Shown one piece after another: positions 27,551 to 40,399 of a DNA stretch of 64,000 nt. The notes below the pieces were generated by a model. That model did no database searches. It worked only from the letters and a program-made list of their open reading frames with translations, and was not told the DNA's origin. Location: contig OZ024742.1 of the NCBI GenBank assembly GCA_964016885.1, positions 6,634,001-6,698,000 of the forward strand, given 5' to 3'. Numbering within the stretch: the first letter of the stretch is position 1; the number at the start of each line of letters is the position of its first letter. This DNA is from Eledone cirrhosa (Eukaryota). Both the position numbers and the translations under genes were made by a program.

Positions 27551-30500
27551 GATGGTGTTGTAAGGACTGTGAGGTGATATAGCTGTAAGGAGAGGAAGTG
27601 GAAGGACCTTTATATAGTATAAAGTGTTTTGGGTGTTGTTGTAAGGACTGTGATGTGATATAGCTGTAAGGAGAGGAAGTGGAAGGACCTTTAAATAGTA
27701 TAAAGTGTCGTGGGTGGTGTTGTAAGGACTGTGAGGTGATATAGCTGAAAGGAGAGGAAATGAAAGGACCCTTATATTGTATAAAGTGTCGAGGGTTGCT
27801 TTGTAAGGACTGTGATGTGATATAGCTGAAAGGAGAGGAAGTGGAAGGACATTTATACAGTATAAAGTGTCGTGGGTGGTGTTGTAAGGACTGTGAGGTG
27901 ATATAGCTGTAAGGACAGGAAGTGGAAGGATCTCTATATAGTATAAAATGTCGAGGGTGGTGTTGTAAGGACTGTGATGTGATATAGCTGTAAGGAGAGG
28001 AAGTGGAAGGACCTTTATACAGTATAAAGTGTCGTGGGTGGTGTTGTAAAGACTGTGATGTGATATAGCTGTAAGGAGAGGAAGTGGAAGGACCTTTATA
28101 TAGTATGAAGTGTCGTGGATGGTGTTGTAAGGACTGTGAGGTGATATAGCTGTAAGGAGAGGAAGTGGAAGGACATTTATATAGTATAAAGTGCTGTGGG
28201 TGGTGTTGTAAGGACTGTGATGTGATATAGCTGTAATGAGGGGAAGTGGAATGACCTTTATATAGTATAAAGTGTCGTAGGTGGTGTTGTAAGGACTGTG
28301 AGGTGATATAGCTGTAAGGAGAGGAAGTGGAAGGACTTTTATACAGTATAAATTGTCGTGGGTGCTGTTGTAAGGACTGTGAGGTGATATAGCTGTAAGG
28401 ACAGGAAGTGGAAGGATCTCTATATAGTATAAAATGTCGTGGGTGGTGTTGTAAGGACTGTGATGTGAGATAGCTGTAAGGAGAGGAAGTGGAAGGACCT
28501 TTATACAGTATAAAGTGTCGTGGGTGGTGTTGTAAGGACTGTGAGGTGATATAGCTGTAAGGAGAGGAAGTGGAAGGACCTTGATATAGTATAAAATCTC
28601 GTGGGTGGTGTTGTAAGGACTGTGAGGTGATATAGCTGTAAGGAGAGGAAGTGGAAGGACCTTTATATAGTATAAAGTGTCGTGGGTGGTGTTGTAAGGA
28701 CTGTGAGGTGATATAGCTGTAAGGAGCGTAATTGGAAGGACCTTTATATAGTATAAATTGTCGTGGGTGGTGTTGTAAGGACTGTGAGGTGATATAGCTG
28801 TAAGCAGAGGAAGTGGAAGAACATTTATATAGTATAAAGTGTCGTGGGTGGTGTTGTAAGGACTGTGAGGTGATATAGCTGCAAGGAGAGGAAGTGGAAG
28901 GACCATTATATAGTATAAAGTGTCGTGGGTGGTGTTGTAAAGACTGTGAGGTGATATAGCTGTAAGGAGAGGAAGTGGAAGGAACTTTATATAGTATAAA
29001 GTGTCGTGGGTGGTGTTGTAAGGACTGTGAGGTGATATAGTTGTAAGGACAGGTAGTGGAAGGAACTTTATATAGTATGAAGTGTCGTGGGTCGTGTTGT
29101 AAGGACTGTGATGTGATATAGCTGCAAGGAGAGGAAGTGGAAGGACCTTTATATAGTATAAATTGTCGTAGGTGGTGTTGTAAGGACTGTGATGTGATAT
29201 AGCTGCAAGGAGAGGAAGTGGAAGGACCTTTAAATAGTATAAAGTGTCGTGGGTGGTGTTGTAAGGACTGTGAGGTGATATAGCTGTAAGGAGAGGAAGT
29301 GAAAGGACCTTTAAATAGTATAAAGTGTCGTGGGTGGTGTTGTAAGGACTGTGAGGTGATATTGCTGGAAGGAGAGGAAGTGGAAGGAACTTTATATAGT
29401 ATAAAGTGTCGTGGGTGGTGTTGGAAGGACTGTGAGGTGATATAGCTGTAAGGAGAGGAAGTGGAAGGACCTTTATATAGTATAAAGTGTCGTGGGTGGT
29501 GTTGTAAGGACTGTGATGTGATATAGCTGTAAGGAGAGGAAGTGGAAGAAACTTTATATAGTATAAAGTGTCGTGAGTGGTGTTGTAAGGACTGTGATGT
29601 GATATAACTGAAAGGAGAGGAAGTGAAAGGACCTTTATATAGTATAAAGTGTCGTGGGTGGTGTTGTAAGGACTGTGAGGTGATATAGCTGTAAGGAGAG
29701 GAAGTGGAAGGAACTTTATATAGTATAAAGTGTCGTGGGTGGAGTTGTAAGGACTGTGAGGTGATATAGCAGTAAGGAGAGGAAGTGGAAGGTCATTTAT
29801 ATAGTATAAAGTGTCGTGGGTGGTGTTGTTAGGACTGTGAGGTGATATAGCTGCAAGGAGAGGAAGTGGAAGGATCATTATATAGTATAACGTGTCGTGG
29901 GTCGTGTTGTAAAGACTGTGAGGTGATATAGCTGTAAGGAGAGGAAGTGGAATGACCTTTATATTGTATGAAGTGTCGTGGGTGGTGTTGTAAGGACTGT
30001 GATGTGATTTAGCTGTAAGGAGAGGAAGTGGAAGGACCTTTATATAGTATAAAGTGTCGTGGGTGGTGATGTAAGGACTGTGAGGTGATATAGCTGTAAG
30101 GAGAAGAAGTGGAAGGACCTTTATATAGTATAAAATGTTGTGGGTGGTGTTGTAAGGACTGTGAGGTGATATAGCTGCAAGGAGAGTAAGTGGAAGGACC
30201 TTTATATAGTATAAAGTGTCGTGATTGGTGTTGTAAGGACTGTGAGGTGATATAGCTGCAAGGAGAGGAAGTGGAAGGACCTTTATATAGAATAAAGTGT
30301 CGTGGGTGTTGTTGTAAGGACTGTGAGGTGATATCGCTGCAAGGAGAGGAAGTGGAAGGACATTTTTACAGTATAAAGTGTCGTGGGTTTTGTGGTAAGG
30401 ACTGTGAGGTGATATAGCTGTAAGGAGAGGAAGTGGAAGGACATTTATATAGTATAAAGTGCTGTGGGTGGTGTTGTAAGGACTGTGATGTGATATAGCT

Positions 30501-33500
30501 GTAAGGAGGGGAAGTGGAATGACCTTTATATAGTATAAAGTGTCGTAGGTGGTGTTGTAAGGACTGTGAGGTGATATAGCTGTAAGGAGAGGAAGTGGAA
30601 GGACTTTTATACAGTATAAATTGTCGTGGGTGGTGTTGTAAGGACTGTGTTGTGATATAGCTTTAAGGACAGGAAGTGGAAGGATCTCTATATAGTATAA
30701 AATGTCGTGGGTGGTGTTGTAAGGACTGTGATGTGATATAGCTGTAAGGAGAGGAAGTGGAAGGACCTTTATACAGTATAAAGTGTCGTGGGTGGTGTTG
30801 TAAGGACTGTGAGGTGATATAGCTGTAAGGAGAGGAAGTGGAAGGACCTTGATATAGTATAAAATCTCGTGGGTGGTGTTGTAAGGACTGTGAGGTGATA
30901 TAGCTGTAAGGAGAGGAAGTGGAAGGACCTTTATATAGTATAAAGTGTCGTGGGTGGTGTTGTAAGGACTGTGAGGTGATATAGCTGGAAGGAGAGGAAG
31001 TGGAAGGAACTTTGTATAGTATAAAGTGTCGTGGGTGGTGTTGGAAGGACTGTGAGGTGATATAGCTGTAAGGAGAGGAAGTGGAATGACCTTTATATAG
31101 TATAAAGTGTCGTGGGTGGTGTTGTAAGGACTGTGATGTGATATAGCTGTAAGGAGAGGAAGTGGAAGAAACTTTATATAGTATAAAGTGTCGTGAGTGG
31201 TGTTGTAAGGACTGTGATGTGATATAACTGAAAGGAGAGGAAGTGAAAGGACCTTTATATAGTATAAAGTGTCGTGGGTGGTGTTGTAAGGACTGTGAGG
31301 TGATATAGCTGTAAGGAGAGGAAGTGGAAGGAACTTTATATAGTATAAAGTGTCGTGGGTGGAGTTGTAAGGACTGTGAGGTGATATAGCAGTAAGGAGA
31401 GGAAGTGGAAGGTCATTTATATAGTATAAAGTGTCGTGGGTGGTGTTGTTAGGACTGTGATGTGATATAGCTGCAAGGAGAGGAAGTGGAAGGATCATTA
31501 TATAGTATAACGTGTCGTGGGTCGTGTTGTAAAGACTGTGAGGTGATATAGCTGTAAGCAGAGGAAGTGGAAGGACCTTTATATTGTATGAAGTGTCGTG
31601 GGTGGTGTTGTAAGGACTGTGAGGTGATATAGCTGCAAGGAGAGTAAGTGGTAGGACCTTTATATAGTATAAAGTGTCGTGATTGGTGTTGTAAGGACTG
31701 TGAGGTGATATAGCTGCAAGGAGAGGAAGTGGAAGGACCTTTATATAGAATAAAGTGTCGTGGGTGTTGATGTAAGGACTGTGAGGTGATATCGCTGCAA
31801 GGAGAGGAAGTGGAAGGACATTTTTACAGTATAAAGTGTCGTGGGTTTTGTGGTAAGGACAGTGAGGTGATATAGATGCAAGGAGAGGAAGTGGAAGGAC
31901 CTTTATATAGTATAAAGTGCTGTGGGTGGTGTTGTAAAGACTGTGATGTGATATAGCTGTAAGGAGAGGAAGTGGAAGGACCTTTAAATAGTATAAAGTG
32001 TCGTGGATGGTGTTGTAAGGACTGTGAGGTGATATAGCTGTAAGGAGAGGAAGTGGAGGGACATTTTTACAGTATAAAGTGTCGTGGGTTTTGTGGTAAG
32101 GACTGTGAGGTGATATAGCTGTAAGGAGGGGAAGTGGAATGACCTTTATATAGTATAAAGTGTCGTAGGTGTTGATGTAAGGACTGTGAGGTGATATAGC
32201 TGTAAGGAGAGAAAGTGGAAGGACTTTTATACAGTATAAATTGTCGTGGGTGGTGTTGTAAGGACTGTGAGGTGATATAGCTGTAAGGACAGGAAGTGGA
32301 AGGATCTCTATATAGTATAAAATGTCGTGGGTGGTGTTGTAAGGACTGTGATGTGATATAGCTGTAAGGAGAGGAAGTGGAAGGACCTTTATACAGTATA
32401 AAGTGTCGTGGGTGGTGTTGTAAGGACTGTGAGGTGATATAGCTGTAAGGAGAGGAAGTGGAAGGACCTTGATATAGTATAAAATCTCGTGGGTGGTGTT
32501 GTAAGGACTGTGAGGTGATATAGCTGTAAGGAGAGGAAGTGGAAGGACCTTTATATAGTATAAAGTTTCGTGGGTGGTGTTGTAAGGACTGTGAGTTGAT
32601 ATAGCTGTAAGGCGAGGAAGTGGAAGGAACTTTATATAGTATAAAGTGTCGTGGGTGGTGTTGTAAGGACTGTGAGGTGATATAGCTGTAAGGAGAGGAA
32701 GTGGAAGGAACTTTATACAGTATAAAGTGTCGTGGGTGGTGTTGTAAGGACTGTGAGGTGATATAGCTGTAAGGAGAGGGAGTGGAAGGACCTTTATATT
32801 GTATGAAGTGTCGTGGGTGGTGTTGTAAGAACTGTGATGTGATATAGCTGTAAGGAGAGGAAGTGGAAGGAACTTTATATAGTATAAAGTGTCGTGGGCG
32901 GTGTTGTAAGGACTGTGAGGTGATATAACTGAAAGGAGAGGAAGTGGTAAGAACTTTATATAGTATAAAGTGTCGTGGGTGGTGTTGTAATAGACTGTGA
33001 GGTGATAGAGCTGTAAGGAGAGGAAGTGGAAGGAAGTTTATATTGTATAAAGTGTCGTGGGTGGTGTTGTAAGGACTGTGAGGTGATATAGCTGTAAGGA
33101 GAGGAAGTAGAAGGACCTTTATATAGTATGAAGTGTAGCGGGTGGGGTTGTAAGGACTGTGATGTGATATAGCTGTAAGGAGAGGAAGTGGAAGGATGTT
33201 TAAATAGTATAAAGTGTCGTGGGTGGTGTTGTATGGACTGTGAGGTGATATAGCTGCAAGTAGAGGAAGTGGAAGGACCTTTATATTGTATGAAGTGTCG
33301 TGGGTGGTGTTGTAAGGACTGTGAGGTGATATAGCTGTAAGGAGAGGAAGTAGAAGGACCTTTATATAGTATGAAGTGTAGCGGGTGGTGTTGTAAGGAC
33401 TGTGATGTGATATAGCTGTAAGGAGAGGAAGTGGAAGGATCTTTAAATAGTATAAAGTGTCGTGGGTGGTGTTGTATGGACTGTGAGGTGATATAGCTGC

Positions 33501-36500
33501 AAGTAGAGCAAGTGGAAGGACCTTTATATTGTATGAAGTGTCGTGGGTGGTGTTGTAAGGACTGTGATGTGATATAGCTGTAAGGAGAGGAAGTTGGAGG
33601 ACCTTTAAATAGTATAAAGTGTCGTGGATGGTGTTGTAAGGACTGTGAGGTGATATAGCTGTAAGGAGAGGAAGTGGAAGGACATTTTTACAGTATAAAG
33701 TGTCGTGGGTTTTGTGGTAAGGACTGTGAGGTGATATAGCTGTAAGGAGAGGAAGTGGAAGGACCTTTATATAGTATAAAGTGTCGTCGGTGGTGTTGTA
33801 AGGACTGTGAGGTGATATAGCTGTAAGGAGAGGAAGTGGAAGGAACTTTATATTGTATGAAGTGTCGTGGGTGGTCTTGTAAGGTCTGTGAGGTGATATA
33901 GCTGCAAGGAGAGGAAGAGGAAGGACCTTTATATATTATAAAGTGTCGTGGGTGGTGTTGTAAGGACTGTGAGGTGATATGGCTGTAAGGAGAGGAAGTG
34001 GAAGGACCTTTATATAGTATGAAGTGTCGTGGGTGGTGTTCTAAGGACTGTGAGATGATATAGCTGCAAGAAGGGGAAGTGGAAGAACCTTTATATTGTA
34101 TAAAGTGTCGTGGGTGGTGTTGTAAGGACTGTGAGGTGATATAACTGAAAGGAGAGGAAGTGGAAGGACCTTTATACAGTATAAAGTGTCTTGGGTGGTA
34201 TTGTAAGGACTGTGAGGTGATATAGCTGTAAGGAGAGGAAGTGGAAGGATCTTTATATAGTATGAAGTGTCGTGGGTGGTGTTGTAAGGACTGTGAGGTG
34301 ATATAGCTGTAACGAGAGGAAGTGGAAGGACCTTTATATAGTATGAAGTGTCGTGGGTGGTGATGTAAGGACTGTGAGGTGATATAGCTGTAAGGAGAGG
34401 ATGTGGAAGGACATTTAGATAGTATAAAGTGTCGTGGGTGGTGTTGTAAGGACTGTGAGGTGATATAGCTGAAAGGAGAGGAAGTGGAAGGACCTTTATA
34501 TAGTATAAAGTGTCGTCGGTGGTGTTGTAAGGACTGTGAGGTGATATAGCTGTAAGGAGAGGATGTGGAAGGACATTTATATAGTATAAAGTGTCGTGGG
34601 TGGTGTTGTAAGGACTGTGAGGTGATATAGTTGTAAGGAGAGGAAGTGGAAGGAACTTTATATAGTATGAAGTGTCGTGGGTGGTGTTGTAAGGACTGTG
34701 ATGTGATATAGCTGTAAGGAGAGGAAATGGAAGTATTTTTATATTGTATAAAGTGTCGAGGGTTGTGTTGTAAGGACTGTGATGTGATATAGCTGTAAGG
34801 AGAGGAAGTGAAAGGACATGTATACAGTATAAAGTGTCGTGGGTGGTGTTGTAAGGACTGTGAGGTGATATAGCTGTAAGGAGAGGAAGTGGAAGGACCT
34901 TTATATTGTATAAAGTGTCGTGATTGGTGTTGTAAGGACAGTGAGGTGATATAGCTGTAACGAGAGGAAGTGGAAGGACCTTTATATAGTATAAAGTGTC
35001 GTGGGTGGTGTTGTAAGGACTGTGAGGTGATATAGCTGTAACGAGAGGAAGTGGAAGGACCTTTATATAGTATAAAGTGTCGTGGGTGGTGTTGTAAGGA
35101 CTGTGATGTGATATAGCTGTAAGGAGAGGAAGTGGAAGAAACTTTATATAGTATAAAGTGTCGTGAGTGGTGTTGTAAGGACTGTGATGTGATATAACTG
35201 AAAGGAGAGGAAGTGGAAGGACCTTTATATAGTATAAAGTGTCGTGGGTGGTGTTGTAAGGACTGTGAGGTGATATAGCTGTAAGGAGAGGAAGTGGAAG
35301 GAACTTTATATAGCATAAAGTGTCGTGGGTGGAGTTGTAAGGACTGTGAGGTGATATAGCAGTAAGGAGAGGAAGTGGAAGGTCATTTATATAGTATAAA
35401 GTGCCGTGGGTGGTGTTGTTAGGACTGTGAGGTGATATAGCTGTAAGGAGAGGAAGTGGAAGGACCTTTATATTGTATGAAGTGTCGTGAGTGGTGTTGT
35501 AAGGACTGTGAGGTGATATAGCTGTAAGGAGAGGAAGTGGAAGGACCTTTATATAGTATAAAGTGTCGTGGGTGGTGATGTAAGGACTGTGAGGTGATAT
35601 AGCTGTAAGGAGAAGAAGTGGAAGGACCTTTATATAGTATAAAATGTTGTGGGTGGTGTTGTAAGGACTGTGAGGTGATATAGCTGCAAGGAGAGTAAGT
35701 GGAAGGAGCTCTATATAGTATAAAGTGTCGTGATTGGTGTTGTAAGGACTGTGAGGTGATATAGCTGCAAGGAGAGGAAGTGGAAGGACCCTTATATAGA
35801 ATAAAGTGTCGTGGGTGTTGTTGTAAGGACTGTGAGGTGATATCGCTGCAAGGAGAGGAAGTGGAAGGACATTTTTACAGTATAAAGTGTCGGTGGGTTT
35901 TGTGGTAAGGACAGTGAGGTGATATAGATGCAAGGAGAGGAAGTGGAAGGACCTTTATATAGTATAAAGTGCTGTGGGTGGTGTTGTAAAGACTGTGATG
36001 TGATATAGCTGTAAGGAGAGGAAGTGGAAGGACATTTTTACAGTATAAAGTGTCGTGGGTTTTGTGGTAAGGACTGTGAGGTGATATAGCTGTAAGGAGA
36101 GGAAGTGGAAGGACATTTATATAGTATAAAGTGCTGTAGGTGGTGTTGTAAGGACTGTGATGTGATATAGCTGTAAGGAGGGGAAGTGGAATGACCTTTA
36201 TAGAGTATAAGGTGTCGTAGGTGGTGTTGTAAGGACTGTGAGGTGATATAGCTGTAAGGAGAGGAAGTGGAAGGACTTTTATACAGTAAAAATTGTCGTG
36301 GGTGGTGTTGTAAGGACTGTGAGGTGATATAGCTGTAAGGACAGGAAGTGGAAGGATCTCTATATAGTATAAAATGTCGTGGGTGGTGTTGTAAGGACTG
36401 TGATGTGATATAGCTGTAAGGAGAGGAAGTGGAAGGACCTTTATACAGTATGAAGTGTCGTGGGTGGTGTTGTAAGGACTGTGAGGTGTTATAGCTGTAA

Positions 36501-37134
36501 GGAGAGGAAGTGGAAGGACCTTGATATAGTATAAAATCTCGTGGGTGGTGTTGTAAGGACTGTGAGGTGATATAGCTGTAAGGAGAGGAAGTGGAAGGAC
36601 CTTTATATAGTATAAAATCTCGTGGGTGGTGTTGTAAGGACTGTGAGGTGATATAGCTGTAAGGAGATGAAGCGGAAGGACCTTTATATAGTATAAAGTG
36701 TCGTGGGTGGTCTTGTAAGGATTGTGATGTGATATAGCTCTAAGGAGAGTAATTGGATGGACCTTTATATAGTATAAAGTGTCGTGGGTGGTGTTGTAAG
36801 GACTGTGAGGTGATATAGTTGTAATGCGAGGAAGTGGAAGGAACTTTATATAGTATAAAGTGTCGTGGGTGGTGTTGTAAGGACTGTGAGGTGATATAGC
36901 TGTAAGGAGAGGAAGTGGAAGGAACTTTATATTGTATAAAGTGTCGTGGGTGGTGTTGTAAGGACTGTGAGGTGATATAGCTGTAAGGAGAGGAAGTAGA
37001 AGGACCTTTATACAGTATGAAGTGTAGTGGGTGGTGTTGTAAGGACTGTGATGTGATATAGCTGTAAGGAGAGGAAGTGGAAGGATCTTTAAATAGTATA
37101 AATTGTCGTGGGTGGTGTTGTATGGACTGTGAGG

Positions 37135-40100
37135 TGATATAGCTGCAAGGAGAGGAAGTGGAAGGACCTTTATATTGTATGAAGTGTCGTGGGTGGTGTT
37201 GTAAGGACTGTGAGGTGATATAGCTGTAAGGAGAGGAAGTGGAAGGACCTTTATATTGTATGAAGTGTCGTTGTTGGTCTTGTAAGGTCTGTGAGGTGAT
37301 ATAGCTGCAAGGAGAGGAAGAGGAAGGACCTTTATATATTATAAAGTGTCGTGGGTGGTGTTGTAAGGACTGTGAGGTGATATGGCTGTAAGGAGAGGAA
37401 GTGGAAGGACCTTTATATAGTATGAAGTGTCGTGGGTGGTGTTCTAAGGACTGTGAGATCATATAGCTGCATGGAGAGGAAGTGGAAGAACCTTTATATT
37501 GTATAAAGTGTCGTGGGTGGTGTTGTAAGGACTGTGAGGTGATATAGCTGTAAGGAGAGGAAGTGGAAGGACCTTTATATAGTATAAAGTGTAGTGGGTG
37601 GTGTTGTAAGGACTGTGAGGTGATATAGCTGTAAGGAGAGGAAGTGGAAGGACCTTTATATATTATTAAGTGTTGTGGGTGGTGCTGTGGGGACTGTGAG
37701 GTGATATAGCTGTAAGGAGAGGAAGTGGAAGGATCTTTATATAGTATGAAGTGTCGTGGGTGGTGTTGTAAGGACTGTGAGGTGATATAGCTGTAACGAG
37801 AGGAAGTGGAAGGACCTTTATATAGTATGAAGTGTCGTGGGTGGTGATGTAAGGTCTGTGAGGTGATATAGCTGTAAGGAGAGGATGTGGAAGGACCTTT
37901 AGATAGTATAAAGTGTCGTGGGTGGTGTTGTAAGGACTGTGAGGTGATATAGCTGTAAGGAGAGGAAGTGGAAGGAACTTTATATAGTATAAAGTGTCGT
38001 CGGTGGTGTTGTAAGGACTGTGAGGTGATATAGCTGTAAGGAGAGGATGTGGAAGAACCTTTATATTGTATAAAGTGTCGTGAGTGGTGTTGTAAGGACT
38101 GTGAGGTGATATAGCTGGAAGGAGAGGAAGTGGAAGGACATTTATATAGTATAAAGTGTCGTGGGTGGTGTTGTAAGGACTGTGAGGTGATATAGCTGCA
38201 AGGAGAGGAAGAGGAAGGACCTTTATATAGTATAAAGTGTCGTGGGTGGTGTTGTAAAGACCGTGAGGTGATATAGCTGTAAGGAGAGGAAGTGGAAGGA
38301 CCTTTATATAGTATAAAGTGTCGTGGGTGGTGTTGTAAGGACTGTGAGGTGATATAGCTGTAAGGAGAGGAAGTGGAAGGAACTTTATATAGTATAAAGT
38401 GTCGTGGGTGGTGTTGTATGGACTGTTAGGTGATATAGCTGGAAGGAGAGGAAGTGGAAGGACCTTTATATTGTATGAAGTGTCGGGGGTGGTGTTGTAA
38501 GGACTGTGAGGTGATATAGCTGTAAGGAGAGGAAGTGGAAGGACCTTTATATTGTATGAAGTGTCGTGGGTGGTCTTGTAAGGTCTGTGAGGTGATATAG
38601 CTGCAAGGAGAGGAAGAGGAAGGACCCTTATATATTATAAAGTGTCGTGGGTGGTGTTGTAAGGACTGTGAGGTGATATGGCTGTAAGGAGGGGAAGTGG
38701 AAGGACATTTATATAGTATAAAGTGTCGTGGGTGGTGTTGTAAGGACTGTGATGTGATATAGCTGCAAGGAGAGGAAGTGGAAGGACCTTTATATTGTAT
38801 GAAGTGTCGTGGGTGGTGTTGTAAGGACTGTGAGGTGATATAGCTGTAAGGAGAGGAAGTGGAAGGACCTTTATATTGTATGAAGTGTCGTTGTTGGTCT
38901 TGTAAGGTCTGTGAGGTGATATAGCTGCAAGGAGAGGAAGAGGAAGGACCTTTATATATTATAAAGTGTCGTGGGTGGTGTTGTAAGGACTGTGAGGTGA
39001 TATGGCTGTAAGGAGAGGAAGTGGAAGGACCTTTATATAGTATGAAGTGTCGTGGGTGGTGTTCTAAGGACTGTGAGATCATATAGCTGCATGGAGAGGA
39101 AGTGGAAGAACCTTTATATTGTATAAAGTGTCGTGGGTGGTGTTGTAAGGACTGTGAGGTGATATAGCTGTAAGGAGAGGAAGTGGAAGGACCTTTATAT
39201 AGTATAAAGTGTAGTGGGTGGTGTTGTAAGGACTGTGAGGTGATATAGCTGTAAGGAGAGGAAGTGGAAGGACCTTTATATATTATTAAGTGTTGTGGGT
39301 GGTGCTGTGGGGACTGTGAGGTGATATAGCTGTAAGGAGAGGAAGTGGAAGGATCTTTATATAGTATGAAGTGTCGTGGGTGGTGTTGTAAGGACTGTGA
39401 GGTGATATAGCTGTAACGAGAGGAAGTGGAAGGACCTTTATATAGTATGAAGTGTCGTGGGTGGTGATGTAAGGTCTGTGAGGTGATATAGCTGTAAGGA
39501 GAGGATGTGGAAGGACCTTTAGATAGTATAAAGTGTCGTGGGTGGTGTTGTAAGGACTGTGAGGTGATATAGCTGTAAGGAGAGGAAGTGGAAGGAACTT
39601 TATATAGTATAAAGTGTCGTCGGTGGTGTTGTAAGGACTGTGAGGTGATATAGCTGTAAGGAGAGGATGTGGAAGAACCTTTATATTGTATAAAGTGTCG
39701 TGAGTGGTGTTGTAAGGACTGTGAGGTGATATAGCTGGAAGGAGAGGAAGTGGAAGGACATTTATATAGTATAAAGTGTCGTGGGTGGTGTTGTAAGGAC
39801 TGTGAGGTGATATAGCTGCAAGGAGAGGAAGAGGAAGGACCTTTATATAGTATAAAGTGTCGTGGGTGGTGTTGTAAAGACCGTGAGGTGATATAGCTGT
39901 AAGGAGAGGAAGTGGAAGGACCTTTATATAGTATAAAGTGTCGTGGGTGGTGTTGTAAGGACTGTGAGGTGATATAGCTGTAAGGAGAGGAAGTGGAAGG
40001 AACTTTATATAGTATAAAGTGTCGTGGGTGGTGTTGTATGGACTGTTAGGTGATATAGCTGGAAGGAGAGGAAGTGGAAGGACCTTTATATTGTATGAAG

Positions 40101-40390
40101 TGTCGGGGGTGGTGTTGTAAGGACTGTGAGGTGATATAGCTGTAAGGAGAGGAAGTGGAAGGACCTTTATATTGTATGAAGTGTCGTGGGTGGTCTTGTA
40201 AGGTCTGTGAGGTGATATAGCTGCAAGGAGAGGAAGAGGAAGGACCCTTATATATTATAAAGTGTCGTGGGTGGTGTTGTAAGGACTGTGAGGTGATATG
40301 GCTGTAAGGAGGGGAAGTGGAAGGACATTTATATAGTATAAAGTGTCGTGGGTGGTGTTGTAAGGACTGTGATGTGATATAGCTGCAAGG
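37135..40390 (+). repeat. Tandem block duplication, period 1620 bp (20 monomers), essentially identical copies
   Basis: Lines from 37141 and from 38761 read identically; the marker ctgtgagatcatatagctgcatgg lies at 37451 and 39071. Confidence 0.9.
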
Positions 40391-40399
40391 AGCGGAAGT

